Below the pieces are notes generated by a model. It was not told where the DNA came from, did no database searches, and was given only the letters and a program-made list of their open reading frames with translations. Below, piece by piece: positions 17,901 through 27,182 of a stretch of 64,000 bases of DNA. The translations under genes were made by a program, and so were the position numbers. The stretch lies in IMG/VR virus record IMGVR_UViG_3300042350_004191, positions 62,001 through 126,000 of that record; one strand, written 5' to 3'. Position 1 is the first letter of the stretch, and every line of letters begins with the position of its first letter.

Positions 17901-19176
17901 GCAAGAAGTTGTTAGAAATAGTATTGAACAACTACAACCATTACAGAGGCAATTAAATACATTATTAAATAATAACGATTTTTCTAATCCAGAGCTAATA
18001 GATGCTTTACAGCGTGAAATTGATAAATTTACTGATGACCTAAGAGAAGTTGAGTTAACAACTACTAATAAAAAAGGTTTTTTTGGATCAATATTTGGAA
18101 CATTTCCATACCAACCAGACGATTTAGGCGTTTCCACCTTTTCAAAAATAGCCAATTTTACAGAAAAGACCGCAGACCCCGATACATGTGATGTTCCACA
18201 CTTATATGATATCATGAAAAAAATTGATTTTAATGATGAAAGTTATCGTATAAGATTTCCAAACGGAATAAACAGAATAATAGATTATACATCTATTTCT
18301 CCATACAAATTAATGGGTACAAAGTGTGGTTGTGGAAATGATAATTTTAAATTAAATGAGTATCAAATAGGCACTTGTTCTTTTTGTGGGCGAGAAATTA
18401 TTTCTAATAGAGGCGATGAAATTAAAAATCCCGAAGAAATAATTTATTCAGGAAATTTTGTAGTATTAAAAAATAAAACAAATGATAAATTTAGAAAAGT
18501 TCAAACAGGACCTCTTGATGGAGAAAATTCATATACTATTACAAAATTAGCTACATCTATAGGACTACCTACAGGCTGGATGGTTAATTATGCTTTTTAC
18601 AAATACCAAGAAAAACCAAACGATTTTATTGAAACTGGTTTAATAAACATTAACACATTTAATTTAAATCAAGCCAATACTATTAAAAATATAGCTTCTT
18701 ATTTTAATTTAAATAATACTTTTGTGTCTCCAGTTTCAACATATGTCTATGCTTTAACTACAAACATCAATATAGGAACTACTAATACAAATGAATGGTC
18801 GAACAATTTAAATTTATTACCAAACAGAACAATATTAAACTTTACCAGTTCTTTAAATTTAACATTATCGTCTATGTCGTATGTTTGGGAAACTTCCTCA
18901 TTTGTTAACTTTAACGATTATGAATTTTTAACTTCAAATATATTTAATATACCAAATTATAAAAAAGGATTAACATTTACAAATACAACAAGTTCAATAT
19001 CTTATAAAAGATATATCGAATTAGATAAAAAATATAGAGTCGAAAATAATATAGATTGGGATCAAACACAAACCACAGTTCCATTAATGAAATCTGAAAA
19101 TGCATGGTATGGTCAAAATGGAATTTTAGAAACTATGATAAATTTTGAATTACAGAAAGGTTTGGGTTTAATTTAA
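14941..19176 (+). CDS. Large baseplate protein (PKD-like domains, beta-propeller, gp7-position C-terminus)
   Basis: WGD and WDLGNG PKD-like motifs, propeller-like repeats (LDVDKNNNLYIS, IYVINSLDNKV), CGCG...CSFCG; follows gp6. Confidence 0.6.
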   Translation: MIILTSDHILNTEGYVNTTDFTVTVGNLPANTFINYIEYIWGDNTKKRYTPTGGSILFTTPIIEVKKYNGTGVFNLKVIVSYTRNNKRDTLTANYNIRIKPIPNEIYLTTTTTRSSASKLYARITRFNFIPNPEIFGQNLENLKYVQWDLGNGVLSNRPRLIGATFNEPGVFVVRMLAYTKGNDKYVYERTFTIQEYLNDSIRFSKVPPPTYAGHLNRFPFEIEITSPINEPHIVDLYAQFSRSYPTLDNPTKYSFLRPEWRFLDLRLNVIKSVQTVNNRPIRVNEFGEEVPEGGIIAGYRGTAQFYFVDDWFNQDQVLTKEQYTTLWVTLRSNNIRNNKTTDNIDGLHPGHANNTAQAWCPYVTLWRKPDTIKFTRNGANPLPVVQFVGSDVPITFTIGYNNPTVPDIHNRQARLTLADTIGGFAHYVPHYDTSLLLDVNTNSFNNNLSSFLKPRQQPYISYRNSDNLLSGGYYKTTYERLNSTTLTMSANIVVPEPDLRANNFNPHIWLLNPSNAEINVAQYIYTTNNIINSPQYFKTDSITNYNELFKKDRMPIPTVRKNPNMDTVFLYKFTSERKINPHISSPLDEKSHLSGLHTVAALNAPTYHAWVSDIENNKIYRVTSDGRIYLTIDLKNLNYNFGTVEKLIPLTMVVDKDLNLFVGLAGSNQILKFDDSANLRAVLNLNNVIPISLDVDKNNNLYISGIRKNQTQESILLKYNNSLSNLLLSKTYSNIFLGNILVSPFDTIFVINNGHLDKNLKEVYSINSFIEELNINNFNLIKNYSSQPFIKYMTLDRGGSLYYNFSFNSICKIKRDGRSQVTSLLSDNSSDNDSSNRVIEGLGYNINDKIYVINSLDNKVTILDLNLNVERFFYINPSKIEYELDTFGQIKDPLVRIKSKKRSLKANGDFTGWLWNYKFGVKNNRESFSITNRSNTLSFKQHNQFKFFGKNEVFDIGKYMYDFSFMKSLKESPFLYNNKFYDTEVQQEVVRNSIEQLQPLQRQLNTLLNNNDFSNPELIDALQREIDKFTDDLREVELTTTNKKGFFGSIFGTFPYQPDDLGVSTFSKIANFTEKTADPDTCDVPHLYDIMKKIDFNDESYRIRFPNGINRIIDYTSISPYKLMGTKCGCGNDNFKLNEYQIGTCSFCGREIISNRGDEIKNPEEIIYSGNFVVLKNKTNDKFRKVQTGPLDGENSYTITKLATSIGLPTGWMVNYAFYKYQEKPNDFIETGLININTFNLNQANTIKNIASYFNLNNTFVSPVSTYVYALTTNINIGTTNTNEWSNNLNLLPNRTILNFTSSLNLTLSSMSYVWETSSFVNFNDYEFLTSNIFNIPNYKKGLTFTNTTSSISYKRYIELDKKYRVENNIDWDQTQTTVPLMKSENAWYGQNGILETMINFELQKGLGLI

Positions 19177-19205
19177 GATATATCTGAATAATTATATAGA
19201 ACTAA

Positions 19206-22200
19206 ATGAACCCATATAGTGTATCGGCAATAGGCATTTGGCCCAACGAAAAATATCTGTACAAAATAGATCCTTCTATTATTGATTTCAGATATGGCGT
19301 ATTGCCTATGACTGTATTTTCTTCTCCGCAATTATCAGAAGACAATAATTTTGCTGTAATAGACTACAATAAACCGGATTTTAACAGTAATTTAATCGGA
19401 ATAAGTTCGAATGCAGGATATATCTATACTGATAGTGATGGTTTTTTTAAATCTTTCTTAACACCTAATTTGACTTTTTCATGGACTCCTTCGGCATTAA
19501 GAACCGGAAACTATGGAAATATGTTAAATGCTATTTTATTAAATACTAGTGATTGGAAATATTTCACGGTAGTTTCATACCCTTCAGAGTTATTTTTATA
19601 CCCAGTCGAAATATCTAAAATAGATAATGTGGCAAGATATGAAACAGATATAACTTCTTTATCGGTTTATACAATATCCGAGCTATTATCTACCTATTCT
19701 AATATAGAAACCATGAGTTCAGCAGGTTTAACTGCTACCGAACTTCAAACGCCGCTTATTTCGTCTATCAATTATGCTATTAGTTCTTTAAACAGTTTAG
19801 AAACAACTTTAGACATCGTATGGTATAATGCGGTTTCTTCTGGAGAAGTCACTACTAATTTTAAATTTATTAGTTCTGTAACAACAGATTTTTTTGGACA
19901 GTCTTTATCAACATTTTCTTATGTTACATTAGAGAATGTAATATGTTCTTATTATATAAACATAGATAATTTTATTGTAGATTACAATACCATAACTACA
20001 TTAGAAAATTATGTATCTAGTGTAACATTTTTAGATAAAATAACAGCAATAGATTATAAAACTTTTTTTGAAATAGCTACTTCCAGAAGTTATGCTTTAC
20101 AAACTTCTTCTATATTATTAAAACCTTACGATTTTCAATTTCTTTCCAAAAACGAGTACGCCACAACAATAAAAACTAAACACAGTGATTATTTGTCAAG
20201 AATTCCAGAAGCATTACCACTAAATGACAATAATCTCAAAACTATTTCTTATACTTTATCGGGGGCATTAGTTAATTGTAATAAAAGTTTAATAAATTTC
20301 ACAGAAACTAATAATCCTATTTATGGAAACTTTATATTAGAAGACGAAGGCGCAAATATAAGACCAGAAACAGTAAAAATTGCATATAAAATTCATTATG
20401 CAAATATGAACTCAACAAGAGAACCTAAAGAAATAACAAGTTTAGGTGATTTGTATGATGATATGTTTTTAGATTCAGATAGGTCTATCGAATCTTCTTA
20501 TATTGTTAGTAAAAATAATAATAAACTAACATTTCAATTATTACAATCAGCATTGAATTTAATCTTACCATTAGAACACCCAACAAACTGTGTATTGAGT
20601 GCTATTTTAGATTTAGACAAATGTACATTAGAATATGTAAACCAAAGATTTCCCACTTTCAATGCAATATATAATGATTTTACTCCGATATCAGGGTTTC
20701 CCGGCACTGACTTGTCTGTTCGTTACATAGCCGATAGTCCCGTTGATAACCAAAAGAAATCATTAGAAACGACTGTTTTGAACATATCCAGTAATTACGG
20801 AAATTTTTCATTAAATTCAGCAGTATCTTGTAAATCTGACAATCATGTTATTAATTGGACATTAGAATATCCACCATATTATTATAGTTTTAAAAATACA
20901 TTTGTAGACAAAAATAACAGAACATATTCAAATGTAAATTCTTTGGGCTTTTATCTATCTTCAGAAGTATTTTTTAATGAAATAATAAAACCCAACCCTA
21001 ATGATTTCACAGAAGACTATGCAAGAATAGATTTATACACAAGCGTTTATTCCGATTTTGATATTATTCAACTCCCTCTGTCACTATATGCAATTGATGA
21101 TTATATCAAATATGAATTAGTATATAGAGATCAAACTTTATTTTTAAACAACTTGTCAGCATTTTTAGTTTTACAAGAAGACAGAAGCGAAGTTTTGTCG
21201 TTTTCTTCTACTTTAATTCCTAATAGTAATTTTGTACCATATGATATAATCAATTCACCATATGTTCCTGCGGTTTCTGGTGTTTTTCTAAGACTAATTT
21301 ATAACTTAGACAATGGTGGCGCAGTATTTTCTGTTAAACCTTCTTTGTCAACAAAGATCGGTGCATTCGATGCTTTTTGGGGTACTACATTTTCAAGTGG
21401 TATAACATATAAACCAAGAAACTTTGTTAAAAATCCTCCTTTAGACACTATTGCTAAAACTATTACCAGTGCTACATTTTCTGTAGAATCTTTAACAGGT
21501 ATAGATATTTTTGGTCCAGATCTAAGGAATACAAACGTAAGATGGGATTATAAAAGTAATGGATCGAATCATTTAAAATTAATTAATAGAACCAAAGGAG
21601 ATATAGGAATTTTTACAGAAATTGTACCAAACAGTTCTTACCTTTTTAATGTGGCTAATGTCGTAGAACTAACTGGACTGAGTAATGAAACTGTAGATGT
21701 AACTTTTTATTCTGAAGAATATAATGTCAGTTCTACCAGAATAGTCTTGCCAGAATTGTTTGATTTGTATTATGAAAACAGAGTAAACATAAATTTTGAA
21801 CCTATAACCTTAAAAGAAAAAATCAAAATATTAAAATGCGATATAAGTGTGCCATTTTTCGGCAAAAATTTTAATATAACTGGCTCAGAGAGGATAAAAT
21901 GGAATTGGATATATGATAATATTACAAACCCAGATCTAGCTCCAGTAACAGCGTTTTATTTGAATAACAATAATCTAGTAACTTATGATATAGATACTAT
22001 AGGTCTAGCAACACTTAGTACATTATATTTTTATATAGACACAAACTACACAATAGTAGAAGAGTTAAATCCTTTAAGTGCTTTTGTCGAAGTCTATAGT
22101 TTAGGCGAAGTTTATTCTGGTAAAAATGTTTTTGATGTTAATTCATATCCAGATCCAACTATTTTTAGTACAGATTTTTATGTAACATATCCTAACTTTC

Positions 22201-24266
22201 CTTCATATCAATTGATCAATACAGATAGTAATATTAAATCTTTAACAAGACCACCCAACGGAACTAATATATACAACATCACTCCTTTTGAACTTAAAAC
22301 CAGAAATGTTTCAATTAGTGGAATGAATTGGAAAATTAAAAGAACAGTTTTAAATTCGTTTAGCAATACTCTTTCAACAAACGAAGAAGAATTGTCCTTA
22401 ACTCCGAATGCTTCTGGTTTTTATGATGATATTATCTTAAACAGAGATTATAATTTATACAACATAACTTCTAAAAAATATTATAATAATGAAATTTTTA
22501 CAAGTAATTCTCCATTAGTATTTTCGTCCTTACCAATTACTAATATTACTGATCTTTTAAACTTAAGTTCATATTTAATTTTACCAGATTTAATAACCAA
22601 TAATGTTTTTGTAACAAATATAACTGCTACAGAAAATATCTCACCATTAGCTACATCTATAAATTTTATAACAACATCGTATTATATAACATCGTTTGAT
22701 GTTGTAGATAGTATTGATATAGTTAAAAATTTAAACAATCTTTATACATATTCATTTTATACTTCCACCAATTTTATTAATATAAATAATCAACCTGTTG
22801 AATATACTATTTTTAATGTAAACTATTGGTTATCAGCAAATTATACTATAAAAACTGATAAACAAACTGAAATTGATGCTTTTAGTTCTTTGTACATAAA
22901 TCCCAACTTAAATAATTTTCTTTCATATAATTCAGTTATCAATCCAACTACAACAGTCGAATATGATGTTACTAAAAAAGAAATAGAAAAAAATTTATAT
23001 GCAATATATGATATTTCTTTAAATGCCGAAAGTGTTAGTATTCCTAACTGGACAAACTTATACGACTTTTCAAAGTCTGGACAGATTATTGTAGCAACCG
23101 ACACAGAATTTATTACTTTACCAAAATTAATTTTGACACCAAATTTTGTTTGGGTTCCTCAATGGAAATCACCTAATTTTTCTAAATTATCAAATAAGTT
23201 TGTCACTGTACTTTCTGGCTACAATCCCAATAACATTTTTCAGTTTTTGACAGGAAAAACTTATGGAAACAGGAAAGATAATTTTCAAGAATATAATGTG
23301 ATTGTTCAAGATGTTCAAGAATTCAAAATAAACAAATTACAAGATTCTATAACAATATTTTTAGGCGCAGGTTCTAATAATGAATTTATACAAGATCAAA
23401 TAATTGATCGACCAGAAGAATATCGTTTTACTGATAATGGAGAAAAAACTATATTAATTGAAAATTTCAGAATTCCAATAAAACCAGAAATATATAGCAC
23501 TGATGGTATGGTTGTTTATCTAACAGCATATAATAAATTTTTTCCCACTACTGGCGGTTTACAATATTATGGGTTGAATTCATTAACCGCAACAGAATTA
23601 ACACTTTTTAACTATCCTATAACAGCAAGAACTTTAAACAAAGACATAGCTTGGGATAATGAAAAACCAACTGAGTTTGAAATAGACAATTTCTTATTCG
23701 ATGCTGTATATCATAATCCAAAACTTTTTGAGTATGAAAAAGCAAAATTGTTATTCTATCCTAATATTATAAACATTAATTTGGATACTGAAAGATTGAT
23801 TCAAGTCAAACAAATTCTGGAAATAAATCCTTTAGAATCTCCTAATGAGATTGAGGTAGATAAAAGTACAGTTACATATGAATTAAAATCTGATTACTGG
23901 TCTGTTTCATCTGTTGTTCCTGCTGTATCAAATAGATACTTTGATTTGTTTAGATTAACTGTGGGGGATTCTACAATTCCATTAACTGTTTCAAACTTTG
24001 AAAGAAGTACATTATTTTTAAGTGCTACTGCAAATATAGCTACTAAAATACCTCCAATGACTTTTAATAGAACAGCCTCAAGTCAATATACAGGACCAAC
24101 CGATTTATGGAATACAGTATATCAAAAAGCAATAGGAAATGAAGAAACACCGTCTGAACAGTATAAAATCTTATTTTCAGAGGTAAATAGTCTTAGTACT
24201 TCAACCGGAACGGTCAGTACATATAATACACTTGCTATTAATGATAATTTAATTTTGACAACATGA
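19206..24266 (+). CDS. Very large beta-rich virion structural protein (1,686 aa)
   Basis: Long ORF in the baseplate operon, Asn/Ser/Thr/Ile-rich; no family recognised. Confidence 0.6.
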   Translation: MNPYSVSAIGIWPNEKYLYKIDPSIIDFRYGVLPMTVFSSPQLSEDNNFAVIDYNKPDFNSNLIGISSNAGYIYTDSDGFFKSFLTPNLTFSWTPSALRTGNYGNMLNAILLNTSDWKYFTVVSYPSELFLYPVEISKIDNVARYETDITSLSVYTISELLSTYSNIETMSSAGLTATELQTPLISSINYAISSLNSLETTLDIVWYNAVSSGEVTTNFKFISSVTTDFFGQSLSTFSYVTLENVICSYYINIDNFIVDYNTITTLENYVSSVTFLDKITAIDYKTFFEIATSRSYALQTSSILLKPYDFQFLSKNEYATTIKTKHSDYLSRIPEALPLNDNNLKTISYTLSGALVNCNKSLINFTETNNPIYGNFILEDEGANIRPETVKIAYKIHYANMNSTREPKEITSLGDLYDDMFLDSDRSIESSYIVSKNNNKLTFQLLQSALNLILPLEHPTNCVLSAILDLDKCTLEYVNQRFPTFNAIYNDFTPISGFPGTDLSVRYIADSPVDNQKKSLETTVLNISSNYGNFSLNSAVSCKSDNHVINWTLEYPPYYYSFKNTFVDKNNRTYSNVNSLGFYLSSEVFFNEIIKPNPNDFTEDYARIDLYTSVYSDFDIIQLPLSLYAIDDYIKYELVYRDQTLFLNNLSAFLVLQEDRSEVLSFSSTLIPNSNFVPYDIINSPYVPAVSGVFLRLIYNLDNGGAVFSVKPSLSTKIGAFDAFWGTTFSSGITYKPRNFVKNPPLDTIAKTITSATFSVESLTGIDIFGPDLRNTNVRWDYKSNGSNHLKLINRTKGDIGIFTEIVPNSSYLFNVANVVELTGLSNETVDVTFYSEEYNVSSTRIVLPELFDLYYENRVNINFEPITLKEKIKILKCDISVPFFGKNFNITGSERIKWNWIYDNITNPDLAPVTAFYLNNNNLVTYDIDTIGLATLSTLYFYIDTNYTIVEELNPLSAFVEVYSLGEVYSGKNVFDVNSYPDPTIFSTDFYVTYPNFPSYQLINTDSNIKSLTRPPNGTNIYNITPFELKTRNVSISGMNWKIKRTVLNSFSNTLSTNEEELSLTPNASGFYDDIILNRDYNLYNITSKKYYNNEIFTSNSPLVFSSLPITNITDLLNLSSYLILPDLITNNVFVTNITATENISPLATSINFITTSYYITSFDVVDSIDIVKNLNNLYTYSFYTSTNFININNQPVEYTIFNVNYWLSANYTIKTDKQTEIDAFSSLYINPNLNNFLSYNSVINPTTTVEYDVTKKEIEKNLYAIYDISLNAESVSIPNWTNLYDFSKSGQIIVATDTEFITLPKLILTPNFVWVPQWKSPNFSKLSNKFVTVLSGYNPNNIFQFLTGKTYGNRKDNFQEYNVIVQDVQEFKINKLQDSITIFLGAGSNNEFIQDQIIDRPEEYRFTDNGEKTILIENFRIPIKPEIYSTDGMVVYLTAYNKFFPTTGGLQYYGLNSLTATELTLFNYPITARTLNKDIAWDNEKPTEFEIDNFLFDAVYHNPKLFEYEKAKLLFYPNIININLDTERLIQVKQILEINPLESPNEIEVDKSTVTYELKSDYWSVSSVVPAVSNRYFDLFRLTVGDSTIPLTVSNFERSTLFLSATANIATKIPPMTFNRTASSQYTGPTDLWNTVYQKAIGNEETPSEQYKILFSEVNSLSTSTGTVSTYNTLAINDNLILTT

Positions 24267-27136
24267 GCGATTTTTTTCCCATACAAATTAGACACTTAGA
24301 AAGTTTATCAGAACCTATTTGTAGTTCTGATGTTTTTCCTTTACAAATAGGAAATTTAATTGATGGCTTTGAAACCAGAGCATCTAAAATGTCTGATGTT
24401 CTTAGTTATGTAAATTTACAAAATCAAAATACTAATATTTCCAATTTAAATGTTTCAAATTCTGCTGTTGTCAGTAATCTTTTATATATCGGAAACGTAA
24501 ACGAAATAAATGGTGTTAAATTTTACGTAGACGGAAATGCGATTATTAGTGGAACATTAAGTGCTCTTAGTGGTATTACATATTTCAACACAAATATTGC
24601 ACAAACTACTGCTTTGTTTTTATCAGGTGCTTCTGGTGTAGGATTGAAAGTTACGCAAGATTTTGAATTTCCGATTGCTCAATTTTATGATTCTAACAAC
24701 ATAGCTTTGCATGTTGATGGTACGTCTGAACGCGCAGGGAACGTAGGTATTAAAACTGTTGTTCCAAATGAATCTTTAACCGTTATAGGTAATATAAGCT
24801 CTACAGGTACAGTTTTTGGGGAGGGATTGAGTGCCAATACTGGTTACGTTAATTATCTTAGCTCTTACAATTTACATGTAATTGGCAGTGCTATCCTTGA
24901 CTCTGAAACGAATTCTAGCCTTACTATAGGAAATCTAGTATCGTCAAAAACAACAATATACGGTGATGTTTTTATTAACGCAGTAACTGCGGCCAGTTCT
25001 TACAATACATACATAGGAAATGTTAATTCAGATGTTTACGTTAATGGTTATCTTTTTACAAAAAATTTATCATCTGGTGGAAACATTTTTATCAATAATA
25101 TTAATGGCGAAAATTCTCAGTTTAATTTAGGAAATCCTGATGCCGTAAACAATATAACTGGAACTACTATCTTGAGTGGTAATGTTTATATAGATGGTAA
25201 CATTGTTTTAAATGGTGGTGATAATGACAATACTTTTATAAATTCTAACGGTAATAAAGGAAAAGTTTATATAGGAAATCCTGAAAATTCTTCTGAAATA
25301 AATTCTAGTTTATTAACACATAACGCAAATTTAACAAGCGAATTATTTGTTTCAAATTACACTGATTTTGATGCTTTAACCTCTAATATAGATACTTTAT
25401 ATGATGATTTTTCAATTGTTTATTTAGTATCTGCTGTCAATTTATTAAATCCCAGTATAACTAGTGTACAATACAAATACGTTGAAAATGTAGAAGGTTT
25501 AAAAATAGATTTAAATAACAAAAATATTAATTTAGGAAAATCTAATTTTGCTACAAACATAAATGGTAATGTAATAAACTCAAAAGCTGGATTACTTTTA
25601 AATTTATATACTTTATCTGGAGGTCAGGTAAAGATAGGTGATCAAAATAACACTGTAGACTTACGTGGGTTTAATTTAAGAATTAATGATTCTGGTGATG
25701 GTGTTACTAAAAATACTTACATAAACACAGAGTTAGATTCTGGTAACATAGAAATTGGAAATCCTTTAAATTTTACAGGTATTAATGGTTTTAATACACA
25801 TATCAATACTCTTTCCGCTGGTGAAACTGTTATAGGGAATGTCAGTGGAAGTGTTAAAGTATATAACCTTACTATATTAAATTCATTATCATCTTTGGTC
25901 GATACATTTAACGTTTCTAACGTAAATTCTCAAAATATTATTGTATCAAACACATCGAGTCTTAATAATACAAACATAGGTGGAACATTAAATACAACAG
26001 GCGATGCTTTATTTGTAAATCGTGTCGGTGTTGGTGTTCCTCCGCAAGAAAAGCTAACTGTATCAGGGAATATATCTGCTTCTGGTTTTGTATCTGCAAA
26101 TACATTATCTTTAAATAACATTAACCAAAACACTTTGACTGTTACTGGAAACACCTCTAGTTATGGTTCAACAACAATATACAATGAAAGTAATAATCCT
26201 GCCTTAAAAATTACACACACTGGTTCTGGTAATGTATTAGAAATTGAAGACCAAACTGAGGATACAACAATCTTTAGGATTAAAGAAGATGGTAAAATTA
26301 TTGCAGGAACCGCTGCTTTAAGTTCATTGTTTAATGAAGGTCTTTTTAATTTGGTTTCAGATAATAGAGCAATTAATACATATAAATTTGGAAATAATAA
26401 TACATCAGGTTCTTTTTATAATTATAAAACCAGAGGCAATAATGAAAATGAACATGTAATTTTAAATGCTGGTGATTTTACATCAGTTTGGGAAGCTCAT
26501 GTTTCCAATGGTTTAACATATATAGCAAATTCCAGAATAGATGCACGAATCGATCCAAATTATCAAACAACAGCATCATCGATGCCGTCCAGAATTAATT
26601 TTTATACAACCTCACCCAATACAACAAGTAGAGATATAAAGTTTTTGATAGATAGCACCGGAAATGTTGGTATAGGAACAAACGTACAAACAGTAACAGC
26701 CGCTCCTAATGAAAAATTGACTGTTGTTGGTAATATTTCTGCTACAGGTAAAGTTTATTCTGATAACGGAAATTCAGATATATGGAATCAACCAAGCATA
26801 AATTTAGTATTACCTATAACACAAGATGCACAGGTTATATCATCTGGTGATGGTGTTTTTACATTATATTCACCACAAACCTTCAGATTAACCAAAGCCA
26901 AGGTAAGTCTAAATATTCCATCAGAGAATACAGTAACAGCCACATTAAGTTCTATTACAAACAACCAATCTATAACAACCTTAACTTTACCAGCAAATAC
27001 TGGTTTTGTTGCAACAGATTCAAATTTATCTTATTTAATAAACGAAGATGACAGAATTACTTTGAATATAAACAGTGTCGGAACCGGATTTAACGGGGCT
27101 GGTTTAAAGATATATTTAACAGGTCGGTACGTATAA
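24263..27136 (+). CDS. Tail fibre-like protein
   Basis: Three copies of [GN]xVG[IV]...P.E[SK]LTV.GNIS[SA].G plus INxxG-type beta repeats; ATGA-coupled to the upstream gene. Confidence 0.7.
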   Translation: MSDFFPIQIRHLESLSEPICSSDVFPLQIGNLIDGFETRASKMSDVLSYVNLQNQNTNISNLNVSNSAVVSNLLYIGNVNEINGVKFYVDGNAIISGTLSALSGITYFNTNIAQTTALFLSGASGVGLKVTQDFEFPIAQFYDSNNIALHVDGTSERAGNVGIKTVVPNESLTVIGNISSTGTVFGEGLSANTGYVNYLSSYNLHVIGSAILDSETNSSLTIGNLVSSKTTIYGDVFINAVTAASSYNTYIGNVNSDVYVNGYLFTKNLSSGGNIFINNINGENSQFNLGNPDAVNNITGTTILSGNVYIDGNIVLNGGDNDNTFINSNGNKGKVYIGNPENSSEINSSLLTHNANLTSELFVSNYTDFDALTSNIDTLYDDFSIVYLVSAVNLLNPSITSVQYKYVENVEGLKIDLNNKNINLGKSNFATNINGNVINSKAGLLLNLYTLSGGQVKIGDQNNTVDLRGFNLRINDSGDGVTKNTYINTELDSGNIEIGNPLNFTGINGFNTHINTLSAGETVIGNVSGSVKVYNLTILNSLSSLVDTFNVSNVNSQNIIVSNTSSLNNTNIGGTLNTTGDALFVNRVGVGVPPQEKLTVSGNISASGFVSANTLSLNNINQNTLTVTGNTSSYGSTTIYNESNNPALKITHTGSGNVLEIEDQTEDTTIFRIKEDGKIIAGTAALSSLFNEGLFNLVSDNRAINTYKFGNNNTSGSFYNYKTRGNNENEHVILNAGDFTSVWEAHVSNGLTYIANSRIDARIDPNYQTTASSMPSRINFYTTSPNTTSRDIKFLIDSTGNVGIGTNVQTVTAAPNEKLTVVGNISATGKVYSDNGNSDIWNQPSINLVLPITQDAQVISSGDGVFTLYSPQTFRLTKAKVSLNIPSENTVTATLSSITNNQSITTLTLPANTGFVATDSNLSYLINEDDRITLNINSVGTGFNGAGLKIYLTGRYV

Positions 27137-27182
27137 ACTTTATTGTTATACAAGTAATTCTTTATAATTATTATAAAGAACA

